Shown: positions 8,053 to 18,451, counted from the first letter of the stretch. The stretch is 64,000 bases of DNA from Nanobdellota archaeon (GCA_018819065.1 JAHJQL010000075.1:625-64624); one strand, 5' to 3'. Numbers and translations: made by a program. Notes: generated from the sequence alone by a model not told the origin.

Positions 8053-9015
8053 TCAAATAATCTTTTTTTCAAAATCTTCTGCAATTCTTTCCAACCGGTT
8101 TTTATCTTCAATTTTATCTTGCATGTATTGAGGTATGCTTTCTAATCCATCTCTTCCCGCAGTTATTCCTACAGTGATTGCTGCAAGACTATCAACATCT
8201 CCACCATATTGAATTGATCTTTTTAATGCATCAAATGGATTTTCTGCATATTTTATTGTGTGAAGTGCAGCTCCTGCTGTTCTCATAGCATCGGTTGCAA
8301 GTCCGTAAAGATTTTTTATTGGAAAGTTAGATATTGGTTGTGGTCCGCATAACAGTTCGTAATCTTTCTCTGTTAACTCTCCTTTTAGAGAATCAATTGC
8401 TTTCAAATATTGATATGTCTCAGCATCTATTTCTTTTATAAACTCACCACAATATTTGATTAAATCTTTTTTATCGCCATTTTTTACAAGTATGTACTTT
8501 GCAGCTCTTGCAACAATTATACTCGCAGCTCTTGCTTTTGGATGTGGATGTGTTGCATCTGCGTTTATGATTGCATACTCTTCTAGTTTTTCGCCTGCAA
8601 AACCCAATGGTACTGCTCTCATAGGTGGAGCGTTTCCAGGATATTGTTTTGAGCCTTGAAGTTTTCTTATATCCTCTATGCTTGCTTCTTTATTATAATA
8701 CTCTTTAATTGAACCATGTCCGGGTCTTAGAATATTTTTATCTTCATAAAACCAGTCATACTCTGCTTTCCAGTGTTCAAGTAATAATTCTTCAGAAAAA
8801 ACTCTTTTATCCATCATTGCGTTCATAAGCCCAATGGTCATTTCTGTATCATCAGTGTAGCGACCTTCTTTATAATTTTCAGCCCACTTACTTTTGAGAT
8901 TGTTAACAAAGTGTGAAAAATCAACATTTTGAAGTATCCAGTCTCTTGAACTAAATTCAAGTCCGAAGCCATAAGAATCTCCAATAGCAATTCCAAGCAA
9001 AGTGTTTTTTATCAT
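8053..9015 (-). CDS. ADP-ribosylglycohydrolase (ARH/DraG family)
   Basis: GIAIGDSYGFGLEF, YTDDTEMT and GGDVDSLAAITVGI match the metal-binding signature segments of ARH-family enzymes. Confidence 0.8.
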   Translation of the reverse strand: MIKNTLLGIAIGDSYGFGLEFSSRDWILQNVDFSHFVNNLKSKWAENYKEGRYTDDTEMTIGLMNAMMDKRVFSEELLLEHWKAEYDWFYEDKNILRPGHGSIKEYYNKEASIEDIRKLQGSKQYPGNAPPMRAVPLGFAGEKLEEYAIINADATHPHPKARAASIIVARAAKYILVKNGDKKDLIKYCGEFIKEIDAETYQYLKAIDSLKGELTEKDYELLCGPQPISNFPIKNLYGLATDAMRTAGAALHTIKYAENPFDALKRSIQYGGDVDSLAAITVGITAGRDGLESIPQYMQDKIEDKNRLERIAEDFEKKII

Positions 9016-9027
9016 AGTTTATTTTTT

Positions 9028-9250
9028 TGTTTTATAGAAAATTGCAGACTGATAGAGATATACATTTTCTCCATTTCTTACAGGAAAGCCATTGTATAAT
9101 GCTATCGCATCAAATCCGCCTTGATGTGCTGTTTTTTTTAATTGCACAGTTGCCAAAACCATTCATCAATCCTATTGTTCCAACGGCAGGATTTGTTCTC
9201 TCCACTTTATCACTTCCTTTTTTTAAGAAATTATGGACTGATTATTGGGT
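9028..9250 (-). pseudogene. Frameshifted ORF remnant (unknown family)
   Basis: The minus strand reads ...KGSDKVERTNPAVGTIGLMNGFGNCAIKK in one frame. After the A8/T8 homopolymer at about 9135-9142 it continues in another frame as TAHQGGFDAIALYNGFPVRNGENVYLYQSAIFYKTKK*. There is no start codon for the joined reading. Confidence 0.3.
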
Positions 9251-9425
9251 TAAAAAATAACTGCGAATAACTTTATACAAATAAGTTTATAATCTTACAG
9301 CTATTATTTTTATCGCAGTTGATGATGAGGTTATTCTCGTCTGAATTCATGATGACTAAGAACTGTCTGAGACTGCGGCTGTAAAAATAGAATGATTTTT
9401 ATACTCTTTTTATTTTATTCTTCAC

Positions 9426-10037
9426 ATGCTAACCACAATTTTGATTGTGATTTTTGTCTTTGTTCTTCTTTTCTCATTTTTTTACAAGTTTTACTTCTTG
9501 CGGGATCCTGTCAGAAAGATTCCTGTTGGTGACAACATCTTAAGCCCTGCAGATGGAAAAATAATTTTGATAAGACCCTATAATTCTAACAATTTAAAAG
9601 TTGACAAGAGATTCTTTGGGGCAGTCAAAACATTTACTAGAGATGTTTCAAAAGAAGGATACATAGTCTCAATTTTCATGAACGTGTTTGACGTGCACAT
9701 AAACAGGGCGCCGATAACTGGGAAAGTCAAGTATGTCAAGCACACAAAAGGTAAGTTCTTAAACGCGGAGATTGAAGCATCAACTTTTGAGAATGAAAAT
9801 GTGCAGATACTCATACAAAAAGATGATTTTAAGGTTAAGATGATACAAATAGCTGGCTTAATTGCAAGGAGAATTGTTCCTTTTGTCAAGAAGAATGAGT
9901 CTGTCATAAGAGGACAAAGGATTGGTCTTATAAAGCTCGGAAGCCAAGTTACACTAATACTTCCAAAGACTGTGAATATAAAGGTCAAAGTCGGACAAAA
10001 AGTCTACGCAGGAGAAACTGTTATTGCGGAGAAATAA
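9426..10037 (+). CDS. psd: Archaetidylserine (phosphatidylserine) decarboxylase proenzyme
   Basis: N-terminal TM helix, FDVHINRAPITGKV and the self-cleavage-type LGSQV motif of small PSD-family enzymes. Confidence 0.8.
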   Translation: MLTTILIVIFVFVLLFSFFYKFYFLRDPVRKIPVGDNILSPADGKIILIRPYNSNNLKVDKRFFGAVKTFTRDVSKEGYIVSIFMNVFDVHINRAPITGKVKYVKHTKGKFLNAEIEASTFENENVQILIQKDDFKVKMIQIAGLIARRIVPFVKKNESVIRGQRIGLIKLGSQVTLILPKTVNIKVKVGQKVYAGETVIAEK

Positions 10038-10140
10038 TGGTGTGAGTTAAGCCCAATCTCATTTTCGACTTTTCTAAAGCCGACTTTCTCGTAGAAAGGA
10101 ATAAGTTTGTCTTTTTCTCTTGATGAAATGAGTGATTATT
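10006..10140 (-). pseudogene. C-terminal fragment of a GNAT acetyltransferase
   Basis: The minus strand reads SLISSREKDKLIPFYEKVGFRKVENEIGLNSHH... The FYEKxGF pattern is typical of GNAT C-termini. A stop precedes it, there is no N-terminal part, and it overlaps the psd 3' end. Confidence 0.3.
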
Positions 10141-10213
10141 CTATTTTTTTGGGTTTTTGGACTGCAAAACAGAAAACTTTATAAATAATTAACCACTAAA
10201 TAGTAGTATTAAA

Positions 10214-11905
10214 ATGACTGATTTATTCACATTAGGGGCTCCAATCAACCCAAACTCAAAAGCAAACGGATTGTTTCCAGCAAACTATGTCCAATCAAAT
10301 AACTTTCTTCTGAATAAATTCATGTTGAATCTTGCAGGAGGAGACCTTGAAATACACCTTCAAGAGTCAAGTGAGCTGCCAAGAAATGAGCAGGAATTTG
10401 AGCTCTTTGCAGATTTAGTCAGACTTGCACGAACAAACAATGTCGACCTTATGGGTCATATACCGTTTATAGAACCCCACAATCCGAAAAACAGACAGCC
10501 GTTCAAGTTTGATTTTTCATGGTTTGTAGTACCTTCAGAATATACATCAGGAGAACTATCCTTGCCAGCAGGCATTGGAATAAGAGAGCAACCAAAAGAA
10601 GTTGCCTATAGGTCAATTGAGCTGTTTCACAAACTTGAAGTAGATACGATGACAGTTCATGTCACAAAGCCAGGACTGTTCTTAAATGAAAATGATTGGA
10701 CAAAGTACCAATCATATATTGAAGACTTGTTGAGATATACAGAATTAAACAGTAAAGGTGTAAAGATTGCGGTTGAAACAGGTGGAGTTGAACCTGAAAG
10801 ATTGATTGGACTGCACAAAAACTATGGAGTTTTCATAAATGTTGATACAGCTCATGCATTCCTTGATTTCCAGAAGTTAAATCTTGAATTAAGTGATTAT
10901 GACATCAACAAGAAAGTTGTTGAGTTTGCAGAACGGACAAGAGACTTTACGGCGGTGTATCATTTCACCCAGACAACAAACAATATTGATGCTCACTGGG
11001 GTTTGTTTGACAAGGACGGTGTCTTGACATGCAATGAAGAAATCATAAGAATTGCAAAGGAAGAAAGAAATAGGGGTTTGCATCCTGTTCACTGCATGGT
11101 TGAGTCAAACCTCCACATAAAAAATTTTCTTCATGTGGATGATGTATTGAAAAATGTAAAGGCGGTAAAAAAAGAATATAACTATCTTACACTTTTCATC
11201 GGGCTTCCGGGAGTTGGGAAGTCTGAAGCGCTTGAAAATATACTTGTATATGAGGATGATAGCAAGCCAGACGGCAAGCCAATACAAATTTTAGAACCAG
11301 AGTTCTTCGGCCACATCATAAGAAGCAATAAATTCCGAGACGTTAAGAAAAAGAACAAAGACTCATTGATAGAATCCCCAGAAACTGAACTTATACCAAA
11401 AAATGTGAGAGAGAGCGAGATATACGAGAATAACATACACAAACTGCTGGAAAGAGACCTAAAACAAAAAGAGAATGTCACAGTTGATGCGACATACAAC
11501 ATTAAGGAGATCAGAAATAAACTTTTTGATATTATTAAGGATAACAGTCCTACAGAAGTGTACATATTTCACCTGACCTGTAATAATGACGATTTGCTGG
11601 CGCAAAGATTTGATGAAAGAAAAAAGATATCAGATAACAACAAGGTTACAGGCACATATCATATAGATGATATACGTAATATTGAGGTCTACAAAAAGAT
11701 GAAAGCAGAATCGCCGGGATTCTCTCATAAAGAATTAAAAAACCTGAAGAACGTTCACATAATTGAGTATGATACTGAAAAACAAAGAATAAAGCTGTAC
11801 AATCCTGACGCCAAATCAAAAGGTCTTGCATATGTTCTTAAGTCTGCTTCAGAAAAGAAGTATGATGTTGAGGTTAAGATAGTAAAAAGGTTTTTAACCC
11901 TTTAA
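10214..11905 (+). CDS. Fusion protein: xylose-isomerase-like TIM-barrel domain plus C-terminal P-loop kinase/ATPase domain
   Basis: 563-aa ORF. The N-terminal half has sugar-phosphate isomerase/AP-endonuclease-2-like segments (MTVHVTKPG, IAVETGG, DTAHAF). The C-terminal half has Walker A GLPGVGKSE. Confidence 0.6.
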   Translation: MTDLFTLGAPINPNSKANGLFPANYVQSNNFLLNKFMLNLAGGDLEIHLQESSELPRNEQEFELFADLVRLARTNNVDLMGHIPFIEPHNPKNRQPFKFDFSWFVVPSEYTSGELSLPAGIGIREQPKEVAYRSIELFHKLEVDTMTVHVTKPGLFLNENDWTKYQSYIEDLLRYTELNSKGVKIAVETGGVEPERLIGLHKNYGVFINVDTAHAFLDFQKLNLELSDYDINKKVVEFAERTRDFTAVYHFTQTTNNIDAHWGLFDKDGVLTCNEEIIRIAKEERNRGLHPVHCMVESNLHIKNFLHVDDVLKNVKAVKKEYNYLTLFIGLPGVGKSEALENILVYEDDSKPDGKPIQILEPEFFGHIIRSNKFRDVKKKNKDSLIESPETELIPKNVRESEIYENNIHKLLERDLKQKENVTVDATYNIKEIRNKLFDIIKDNSPTEVYIFHLTCNNDDLLAQRFDERKKISDNNKVTGTYHIDDIRNIEVYKKMKAESPGFSHKELKNLKNVHIIEYDTEKQRIKLYNPDAKSKGLAYVLKSASEKKYDVEVKIVKRFLTL

Positions 11906-12857
11906 CAAAAGACACCTGCTTGTAATCCTTGAACATCACTAGCAACTCATATGATTTTATCTCTGGAAAATCATTTCTTATCTTTTCAAGTAACTCTTGG
12001 AATCCTTCGTGGTCTTTGCTCATTATTTCCATTCTTATATTGTAGGAGCTAATATTTTTATCAACATAGAAAATGTTTGAATTCATATTACAGAAGCTTA
12101 TCATCTTGCTTTCAACTTCTTTGGTCAGGTTTCTGACTTCCAAAAGCAGCATGTGATGGAGGTAATCCAGTTTAGAGGTATCAATAAATGCCCTGAAGCT
12201 TCTGATGATATTTTTCTTTGTCAGGTTCTTGATCCTATGGCTTGTTGCTTCAGGAGTGAGTTTCACCTCTTTGGCGATGTCGATGATGTTTGTGCGGGCA
12301 TTCTTACTCATGACTTCAAGAATCACGATATCCTTCTCGTCGATTTTTGCGTCAACTTTTCTCTCTGGCTCTATATGTGATGAAATCTTTGCTTTGGGAT
12401 TCACGAACAGGAGGTCTGCATCCTTGTATATCTTCACTCTTTCAGATGTGTAATGATCGCGAAGATTGTTTCCCATGTATGTGAAAATCTCTGTGATTAT
12501 AGTGTCAAAGTGAAACTTGTCTTTTGACAGCACCGTGATAATCAGATCCCACTTCCCAGAGCAGGCAGCGATCCATTTAACAAACGGATGATTTTTGAGA
12601 TAGTCTATTATCTCTTGTTTTCTTTCACTTGTAAAATTCTGCAGAAGAAGATGGGTGTTGTAGGATGTGAACCCTAACTTATCAGTATCAACCAAAGTTA
12701 AATATCCTTTTACAAAACCATTGTCTTCCAGTTTTTTTATCCTGTAATCAACAACTTCTCTTGAAGCCCTAATCTTCCGTCCTATGCTGCTACTAGTCTG
12801 CCTGCAATCCTTCATAAGTTCGTACAAAATTTCCTTATTTCTTAGATCTAACTTCAT
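11874..12857 (-). CDS. Lrp/AsnC-family regulator with duplicated HTH-AsnC modules
   Basis: LRNKEILYELMKDCRQTSSSIGRKIRASREVVDYRIKKLEDNGFVKGY, with a second copy DEKDIVILEVMSKNARTNIIDIAKEVKLTPEATSHRIKNLTKKNII. Confidence 0.8.
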   Translation of the reverse strand: MKLDLRNKEILYELMKDCRQTSSSIGRKIRASREVVDYRIKKLEDNGFVKGYLTLVDTDKLGFTSYNTHLLLQNFTSERKQEIIDYLKNHPFVKWIAACSGKWDLIITVLSKDKFHFDTIITEIFTYMGNNLRDHYTSERVKIYKDADLLFVNPKAKISSHIEPERKVDAKIDEKDIVILEVMSKNARTNIIDIAKEVKLTPEATSHRIKNLTKKNIIRSFRAFIDTSKLDYLHHMLLLEVRNLTKEVESKMISFCNMNSNIFYVDKNISSYNIRMEIMSKDHEGFQELLEKIRNDFPEIKSYELLVMFKDYKQVSFVKGLKTFLLS

Positions 12858-12976
12858 TTTTAGCTTAATTTATTTATTTTAAACTAATTATATTATATAA
12901 ATTTTTTGTTTATGTAAATTTTTCTTCACAAATTTTTATATCCTTCTTTCGTTATGCTAGTAGTGGGTAATCAAAG

Positions 12977-13933
12977 ATGGAAATAAAACTTTATGGCGTT
13001 AGGGGATCAATACCAACACCTGCAACAAATGATTTTGATACGAGAATGTATGGTGGAAATACAACTTGTTTAGAGGTAATTGCGGATTCAGGCGATGAAT
13101 ACATACTTGATGCAGGCTCAGGAATAAGAGTGCTTGGAAACGAATTGATGAAGAAAGAGTTTGGAAAAGGCCAAGGCAAAGCAAAAGTCCTGTTAAGCCA
13201 CATTCACTGGGACCACATACACGGATGGCCTTTTTTTGTACCTGCCTACATACCAGGAAACGAGTTCGAGATATATGGAGGAAGAAAATCTGATGAAAAA
13301 CTGGAAGAGGCTCTTAAAGAGCAAGGAATATGCTCAATAACACAGGCTGCCTTTGAAAAACAACAGAGCAAGTACGTGTTTCCAATAAGACTGAACCAGA
13401 TGCCTTCAACAATAGAGTTCTACGACCTGGATGAAGGATACACAATAAACAATGGCTTGAGAGTTGGATACACAGAGCTCAACCATCCTGACGGAGTATA
13501 CTCATACAAGCTTGAAGAGAAAGAAAAAACATTCATTTATGCAACAGACACAGAGCACGATGGAGAAATAAAAGGAGAAAAATTCGGAAGCATGGACAAG
13601 AAACTGATTAAATGGATCAAGGGAGCAGACATACTCTATTACGACGGCCAATATGCACCTGAAGAGTACAACCCAGAACAATACGGATTAAAAGGAATGC
13701 CAAAGATTGGATGGGGACACAGCACATACGAAAAAGGCGTAGAGATAGCAATAGAAGCAAATGTTAAGACTCTTGTATTAGGGCACCACGACCCGGCGCA
13801 CGATGACAACTACCTTGACAACTTGGAAAAGCGAGCACAAACTTACATGAAGGAGAAGCTTAGGGAACTTGGAAGAGTTGAGAGTGAAATAGAGGTTATA
13901 CTTGCAAAGGAAGGGATGAGTTTGTCCCTTTAA
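12977..13933 (+). CDS. MBL-fold metallo-hydrolase
   Basis: HxHxDH motif SHIHWDHIHG, plus a later GHHDPAHDD metal ligand segment. Confidence 0.8.
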   Translation: MEIKLYGVRGSIPTPATNDFDTRMYGGNTTCLEVIADSGDEYILDAGSGIRVLGNELMKKEFGKGQGKAKVLLSHIHWDHIHGWPFFVPAYIPGNEFEIYGGRKSDEKLEEALKEQGICSITQAAFEKQQSKYVFPIRLNQMPSTIEFYDLDEGYTINNGLRVGYTELNHPDGVYSYKLEEKEKTFIYATDTEHDGEIKGEKFGSMDKKLIKWIKGADILYYDGQYAPEEYNPEQYGLKGMPKIGWGHSTYEKGVEIAIEANVKTLVLGHHDPAHDDNYLDNLEKRAQTYMKEKLRELGRVESEIEVILAKEGMSLSL

Positions 13934-13989
13934 TTTTTTTTATTTTTTAACAGGCAGAGAGAGCGAAAGCTAGTGAGAGCTATGTCAAA

Positions 13990-15657
13990 ATGAACAAATC
14001 AGATTTTATGAAGGAACAGGAAAAAGCCCACAAGAAAGAACTTGAACAGATAATAATAAGCTTGGAATGCTCAAAATTCTGGGATACAAAAGGGAGAGAT
14101 GACTTCAAAGTTGTTCTTGCACAGCCAGACAAACTAAAAACACTAAAGCTATCAGCAGGACTGCAGATAGTGGCAGATTATATTCATAAAACAACCAATG
14201 TTCAGGTTGATTTTGCATCTCTTTATGATGAGGAGTTGATGAATCTTTTTGGTCCGAATGACAACACAACCACTCTGTTCAATGAATGGAATGTAAGCGA
14301 TTCGGATATCATAGGAATAGGGATATCAAATCCTTGTGTTGTTGGAACTTTCTTCAACTTTCTTGACAAGTCAAAAGTACCAATACTAAAAGAGCAAAGG
14401 ATACTATATCATGACCCTTTTATAATTGCAGGAGGACTTGGAGTTACAAATTCTTCTCCATTGGAAAGTTTTATCGATGCATTTGTGATTGGAGAAGGAA
14501 GTATAGCTGCATCAGAGCTGGTGACAAAGTATCAACGCGCAAAAGAGAGAAATCTTTCAGAAAAAGAGTTGTACAAAAGCTTAACAGAAATTCCCGGGGT
14601 GTATGTGCCTGAATATTCTAAAAATAAAGTAAGGTTCCAAACAATAAATGATGTGAAAGGTGTAAGAAGAGCAAGTCTTCTGATGTCAAAAGACAAAGCC
14701 TTGATATTTGCCGATTATTCCTGCAAGTTCAAATGCTCTTTTTGCCAGATGAGCAATGTTAGAGGAAGCTATTCATTCCAAGGCTTAGACAACATAAAAG
14801 AATATCTGACAGAGTTTGATGGATTGGGAGTTGAAAATGCAACGATAGCAGGAGGGAGTGTTACAAACATCCAAACAGAGAAGCTGATAGAACTGTTTGC
14901 ATGGGCAAAAAAAAACTTGAGTAGAACAACGCCAGTCATAAGATCTGTCAGGATTGATGACTTTCCTAAAATATTTGATTATTTAGAGCAGGGCGAGATT
15001 CACATAGCTCCTGAAACTGGCTCTGATTACTTAAGGAAGAATGTGCTACTAAAGAATTTTTCTAATGAGCAGATATTAAAAAACCTTGAACTGGTTGCTT
15101 CAAAGGTTTCTCATGTCAGGATGTATCACATTGTTGGCATACCAACAGAAACAGAAGAACACAGAGAGATGTACTCTGAGTTGGTTGGAAACGTATCTGA
15201 AATTCTTTCAAAGTATCATTCTGAAAATGAAATTGAGATATATTCTTATCCTCTGCTTTCACAGCTAGGGACACCTTTAGAGAATTATGGGATCATAGGG
15301 CTTGAGAGATTTAAGCTATATGTACGTCAATTCAGAAATTCAGCAGCTACAAGGATTCATGACTCAACAACCCTTAACATTTATCCTTTAGATCCTTTGT
15401 GGCATCTGTTTCAGGGATTGGCCAATACAGGTGGAAAAGAGGTTGGAGCAGTTCTTCATGAAGGATATCTGAATGGTAATACTTTGGAGGCATACATGAA
15501 AGTTTGCGATGACCATGGGCTTAAATGGAGAGACTGGTTTGGTGCAAATCCAAATGCGTCATGCAATTTGATTCTTCTGCAAGACCAAGCAAGAATTGAC
15601 CGAAGAAAACAGTTCATCAACAAAAGCATTCTAAGAGGCGAAACATATGAAACTTGA
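13990..15657 (+). CDS. Radical SAM protein (B12-binding-domain-like N-terminus)
   Basis: CxxxCxxC cluster YSCKFKCSFCQ. The N-terminal Rossmann-like segment (IIGIGISNP...FVIGEG) is as in class B radical SAM enzymes. Confidence 0.75.
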   Translation: MNKSDFMKEQEKAHKKELEQIIISLECSKFWDTKGRDDFKVVLAQPDKLKTLKLSAGLQIVADYIHKTTNVQVDFASLYDEELMNLFGPNDNTTTLFNEWNVSDSDIIGIGISNPCVVGTFFNFLDKSKVPILKEQRILYHDPFIIAGGLGVTNSSPLESFIDAFVIGEGSIAASELVTKYQRAKERNLSEKELYKSLTEIPGVYVPEYSKNKVRFQTINDVKGVRRASLLMSKDKALIFADYSCKFKCSFCQMSNVRGSYSFQGLDNIKEYLTEFDGLGVENATIAGGSVTNIQTEKLIELFAWAKKNLSRTTPVIRSVRIDDFPKIFDYLEQGEIHIAPETGSDYLRKNVLLKNFSNEQILKNLELVASKVSHVRMYHIVGIPTETEEHREMYSELVGNVSEILSKYHSENEIEIYSYPLLSQLGTPLENYGIIGLERFKLYVRQFRNSAATRIHDSTTLNIYPLDPLWHLFQGLANTGGKEVGAVLHEGYLNGNTLEAYMKVCDDHGLKWRDWFGANPNASCNLILLQDQARIDRRKQFINKSILRGETYET

Positions 15658-16825
15658 ACAGGCAATAGATAATCTCATATATCTGGAGCGATATGTCAAC
15701 ACGAGAAAATACGCGGATTATGCGGCTTTTTCAGATGTTTCAAGAGAATACCATCCTGTGGAGGGTTCTGAAAGTTTCAACCTAGGATACATTGACCTTG
15801 ACCCTGATGAAATCACTGTCTTGAAAGCGAATCCTGATACTGAACTTAACATAAAGCCAAACCGATTCTATGTCCACCCAGATATGATTAATGAGTACAG
15901 CGAAATTCCTGAATTCAAAACTCTTGCAAGACAGAATGGAAACGTCAAAGTCACCCCTACTTCTTCAACAAGAACTGTTATGCCTATTGGTGAGAACTAC
16001 TACATAAAAGTCAACCTTAACAAAAGAATATCAAGATATATTCGAAGGCTGAGAAAAAACTCAGTTGAACACAGCATAAAGATATCAAATGAGATGGAAG
16101 AAGCATCAAGGAATGCTCCTGAAGAATTTGCTTATCTTCCTGAAAGCTACGGCATGATCTATAATGGAATTGGACAGATAATAAGAGAAGCAACTCCCAG
16201 GCCAATTGCTGAGGATGACAGATTTATGATACCTTATTTTTCTCTTCATTCAAGAGACCTTAAGAATCCAAAAGATGATCCTTTGCTTGTTCAGCTCATA
16301 AACCGAAGCGGAAGCAAACCAGCGGATTATTTCTTGGATAAGATAATCAATCCCCTGATAAGCTGCTGGAGCTGGATGGCGCAGGAAAGAGGAGTGTTGC
16401 TTGAAAGCCACAGCCAAAACACCCTTTTGGAGCTTGACTACAACTTTGAGCCAAGAAGAGTAGTTCATCGTGATTTTCAAAGCCTCATGGTGAATACTGA
16501 GCTGAGAAGGGAAAAAGGGCTTGAAAATTGCTTTAATAAGCATATTCTTGGGCAGGAAGATGGCATAGCAATAAAGCAAAACTACAGCTTTGTTTTTGAC
16601 TGGTTTATTGGGCATTATCTGCTTGACAAAATGGTGGGCTGTATGGATAGGCACTACAGTATTAATCCAGAGGATATCAAAGACGGTGTAAAGGATGTTT
16701 TCAACCACCACTTCAAGAACCAAAAGTTGTATTTTTCAAAAGAAGTGTATGGATTTGTAAAGAGCCCGCTGAAAGATAATATGACTGTTATTGAAGTGAA
16801 AAAAGAGTGTGCTGATTATCGCTGA
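15647..16825 (+). CDS. IucA/IucC-like (NIS-synthetase-like) ligase domain protein, tentative
   Basis: 392-aa ORF overlapping the radical SAM gene by 11 nt. ESHSQNTLLEL and VVHRDFQS resemble the HxQN and RD segments of IucA/IucC-family synthetases. The protein is shorter than canonical members. Confidence 0.5.
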   Translation: MKLEQAIDNLIYLERYVNTRKYADYAAFSDVSREYHPVEGSESFNLGYIDLDPDEITVLKANPDTELNIKPNRFYVHPDMINEYSEIPEFKTLARQNGNVKVTPTSSTRTVMPIGENYYIKVNLNKRISRYIRRLRKNSVEHSIKISNEMEEASRNAPEEFAYLPESYGMIYNGIGQIIREATPRPIAEDDRFMIPYFSLHSRDLKNPKDDPLLVQLINRSGSKPADYFLDKIINPLISCWSWMAQERGVLLESHSQNTLLELDYNFEPRRVVHRDFQSLMVNTELRREKGLENCFNKHILGQEDGIAIKQNYSFVFDWFIGHYLLDKMVGCMDRHYSINPEDIKDGVKDVFNHHFKNQKLYFSKEVYGFVKSPLKDNMTVIEVKKECADYR

Positions 16826-16955
16826 TTGAACCGTTTTTACTCTTTTTATTAAAAAGAATATATCAATATATTTTTACAATATACAATATTGTGGAAAAGT
16901 TTATATATATTCTTTATTTACTAGTAATATTGCTTAGAAAAAAATATTCTCCTAA

Positions 16956-17966
16956 GTGTGGGTGATTAGAATCAAAAGAAAGGTCATAAAACAAGGACAC
17001 AACACCTTAACAATAACCCTGCCTAAGCAATGGAATGAAAAACATCAGATAAAATCGGGAAATGAACTAGAAGTGATGGAAGAAGGTGATATTCTAACAA
17101 TATTTCCACACAAGAATGTTCAGTTGCCACAAATAACTCTTGATGTGAGAGGACTAAGTCCGATTGTCATCTGGCGATTTGTAGCCTCAGCATACAGGGT
17201 AGGATATGATGAGTTCAAAATATTATTTGACACAATTGAAACAAAGAACAGATACTCTGCATTCTCATATAATACAATGAACTTTCTTTATCCAGGTGTA
17301 AATGACCAAAACCCAGTATTAAGTCCAATTGAAGTAATACAATTAATAGTCAACAGGTGTATAGGAATAGAAATAATCGATCAGAAAAGAGACTGGTGTC
17401 TGATAAAAGAAATGGGCGAAACAACCAACAAAGAGTTTGACAATGCACTTCGAAGAATATTTTTGTTGTTGATGTCGTTTGCTGAGGAAATCTTTAAATC
17501 AATAGAGTGTGGAAACAACAAAGAAAGCTTAAAAAGCGTACATCTTATAGATACAAACATAGACAGATTCACAGATTTCTGCCTACGAGTACTCAACAAG
17601 AAAGGTTATGAGAAAGACTCAAGAAAAACACCTATAATGCACACGACAATCTTTCTCTTGGAAATGATAGGTGACGAGTTCAAAAAGATAAGTATTCACT
17701 TGCTTGAAGCTGAAAACACCACAAAAAAACTTGAGAACCTATTCAACATACAAAACCAACAGCTGAGAAGGTTCTACGAGTTATTCTATAATTTTTCTGA
17801 TAAAAAATGCTTGGAAATATACGAGGAAGACAACAAAGGACATCTTTACAACGTAGACCTTTTCGAATCATTGAGCACAGACGAAAAAGAAATGCTGCAC
17901 CATATGAAGAAAATAGGAGTCTACATCACAAGTTTAACAGAGCTAAGAATTGATTTAGAGCGGTAA
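16956..17966 (+). CDS. AbrB/SpoVT-type DNA-binding domain fused to PhoU-like domain
   Basis: N-terminal KRKVIKQGHNTLTITLPKQWNEKHQIKSGNELEV (AbrB swapped-hairpin type) followed by a helical PhoU-like region. Paralog of 46695..47621. Confidence 0.7.
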   Translation: MWVIRIKRKVIKQGHNTLTITLPKQWNEKHQIKSGNELEVMEEGDILTIFPHKNVQLPQITLDVRGLSPIVIWRFVASAYRVGYDEFKILFDTIETKNRYSAFSYNTMNFLYPGVNDQNPVLSPIEVIQLIVNRCIGIEIIDQKRDWCLIKEMGETTNKEFDNALRRIFLLLMSFAEEIFKSIECGNNKESLKSVHLIDTNIDRFTDFCLRVLNKKGYEKDSRKTPIMHTTIFLLEMIGDEFKKISIHLLEAENTTKKLENLFNIQNQQLRRFYELFYNFSDKKCLEIYEEDNKGHLYNVDLFESLSTDEKEMLHHMKKIGVYITSLTELRIDLER

Positions 17967-17970
17967 GAAT

Positions 17971-18360
17971 TCATTCTTCATAATTTTTTGAAGTTTCAAA
18001 AAACAACAAATCTTCTAGTTTTTTAGAATCACGAACTGTTCCATAAACTAATGCTCCACTTTGGGAGGAACCGCCAAAGCCAGAAAGAGCAATTAAAACC
18101 TGGTCGTTTTGCAGATTCATAGAAAAAGTTCTTGATGACTCAATATTATCTTTCACATTCTTTAATATCTCAACGTGACCAACTCTTTTTAAATCTTCAA
18201 GAGCTTTTTTAAACTCTTCAACAGCGAATGAGAAACAATAATTGTATATTCTATTGTCTTTTTGATCAAAATTATTATATTCATAAAATATGGTGTTGTC
18301 GTGCTGATAAAAACTTGATGTGTTCTGGCCGTATAACATTAAAACATTGAAAGAAAGCAC
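17971..18360 (-). CDS. Hypothetical protein
   Basis: 129-aa ORF with no recognised motif. Confidence 0.4.
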   Translation of the reverse strand: MLSFNVLMLYGQNTSSFYQHDNTIFYEYNNFDQKDNRIYNYCFSFAVEEFKKALEDLKRVGHVEILKNVKDNIESSRTFSMNLQNDQVLIALSGFGGSSQSGALVYGTVRDSKKLEDLLFFETSKNYEE

Positions 18361-18451
18361 AAAACTTAATCTTTTTCACTATTGAAACTATTGCTCACAT
18401 ATTTTTATATTGGAATCAATTAGAAGAATAGACAAATCAAAAACTTATTAA

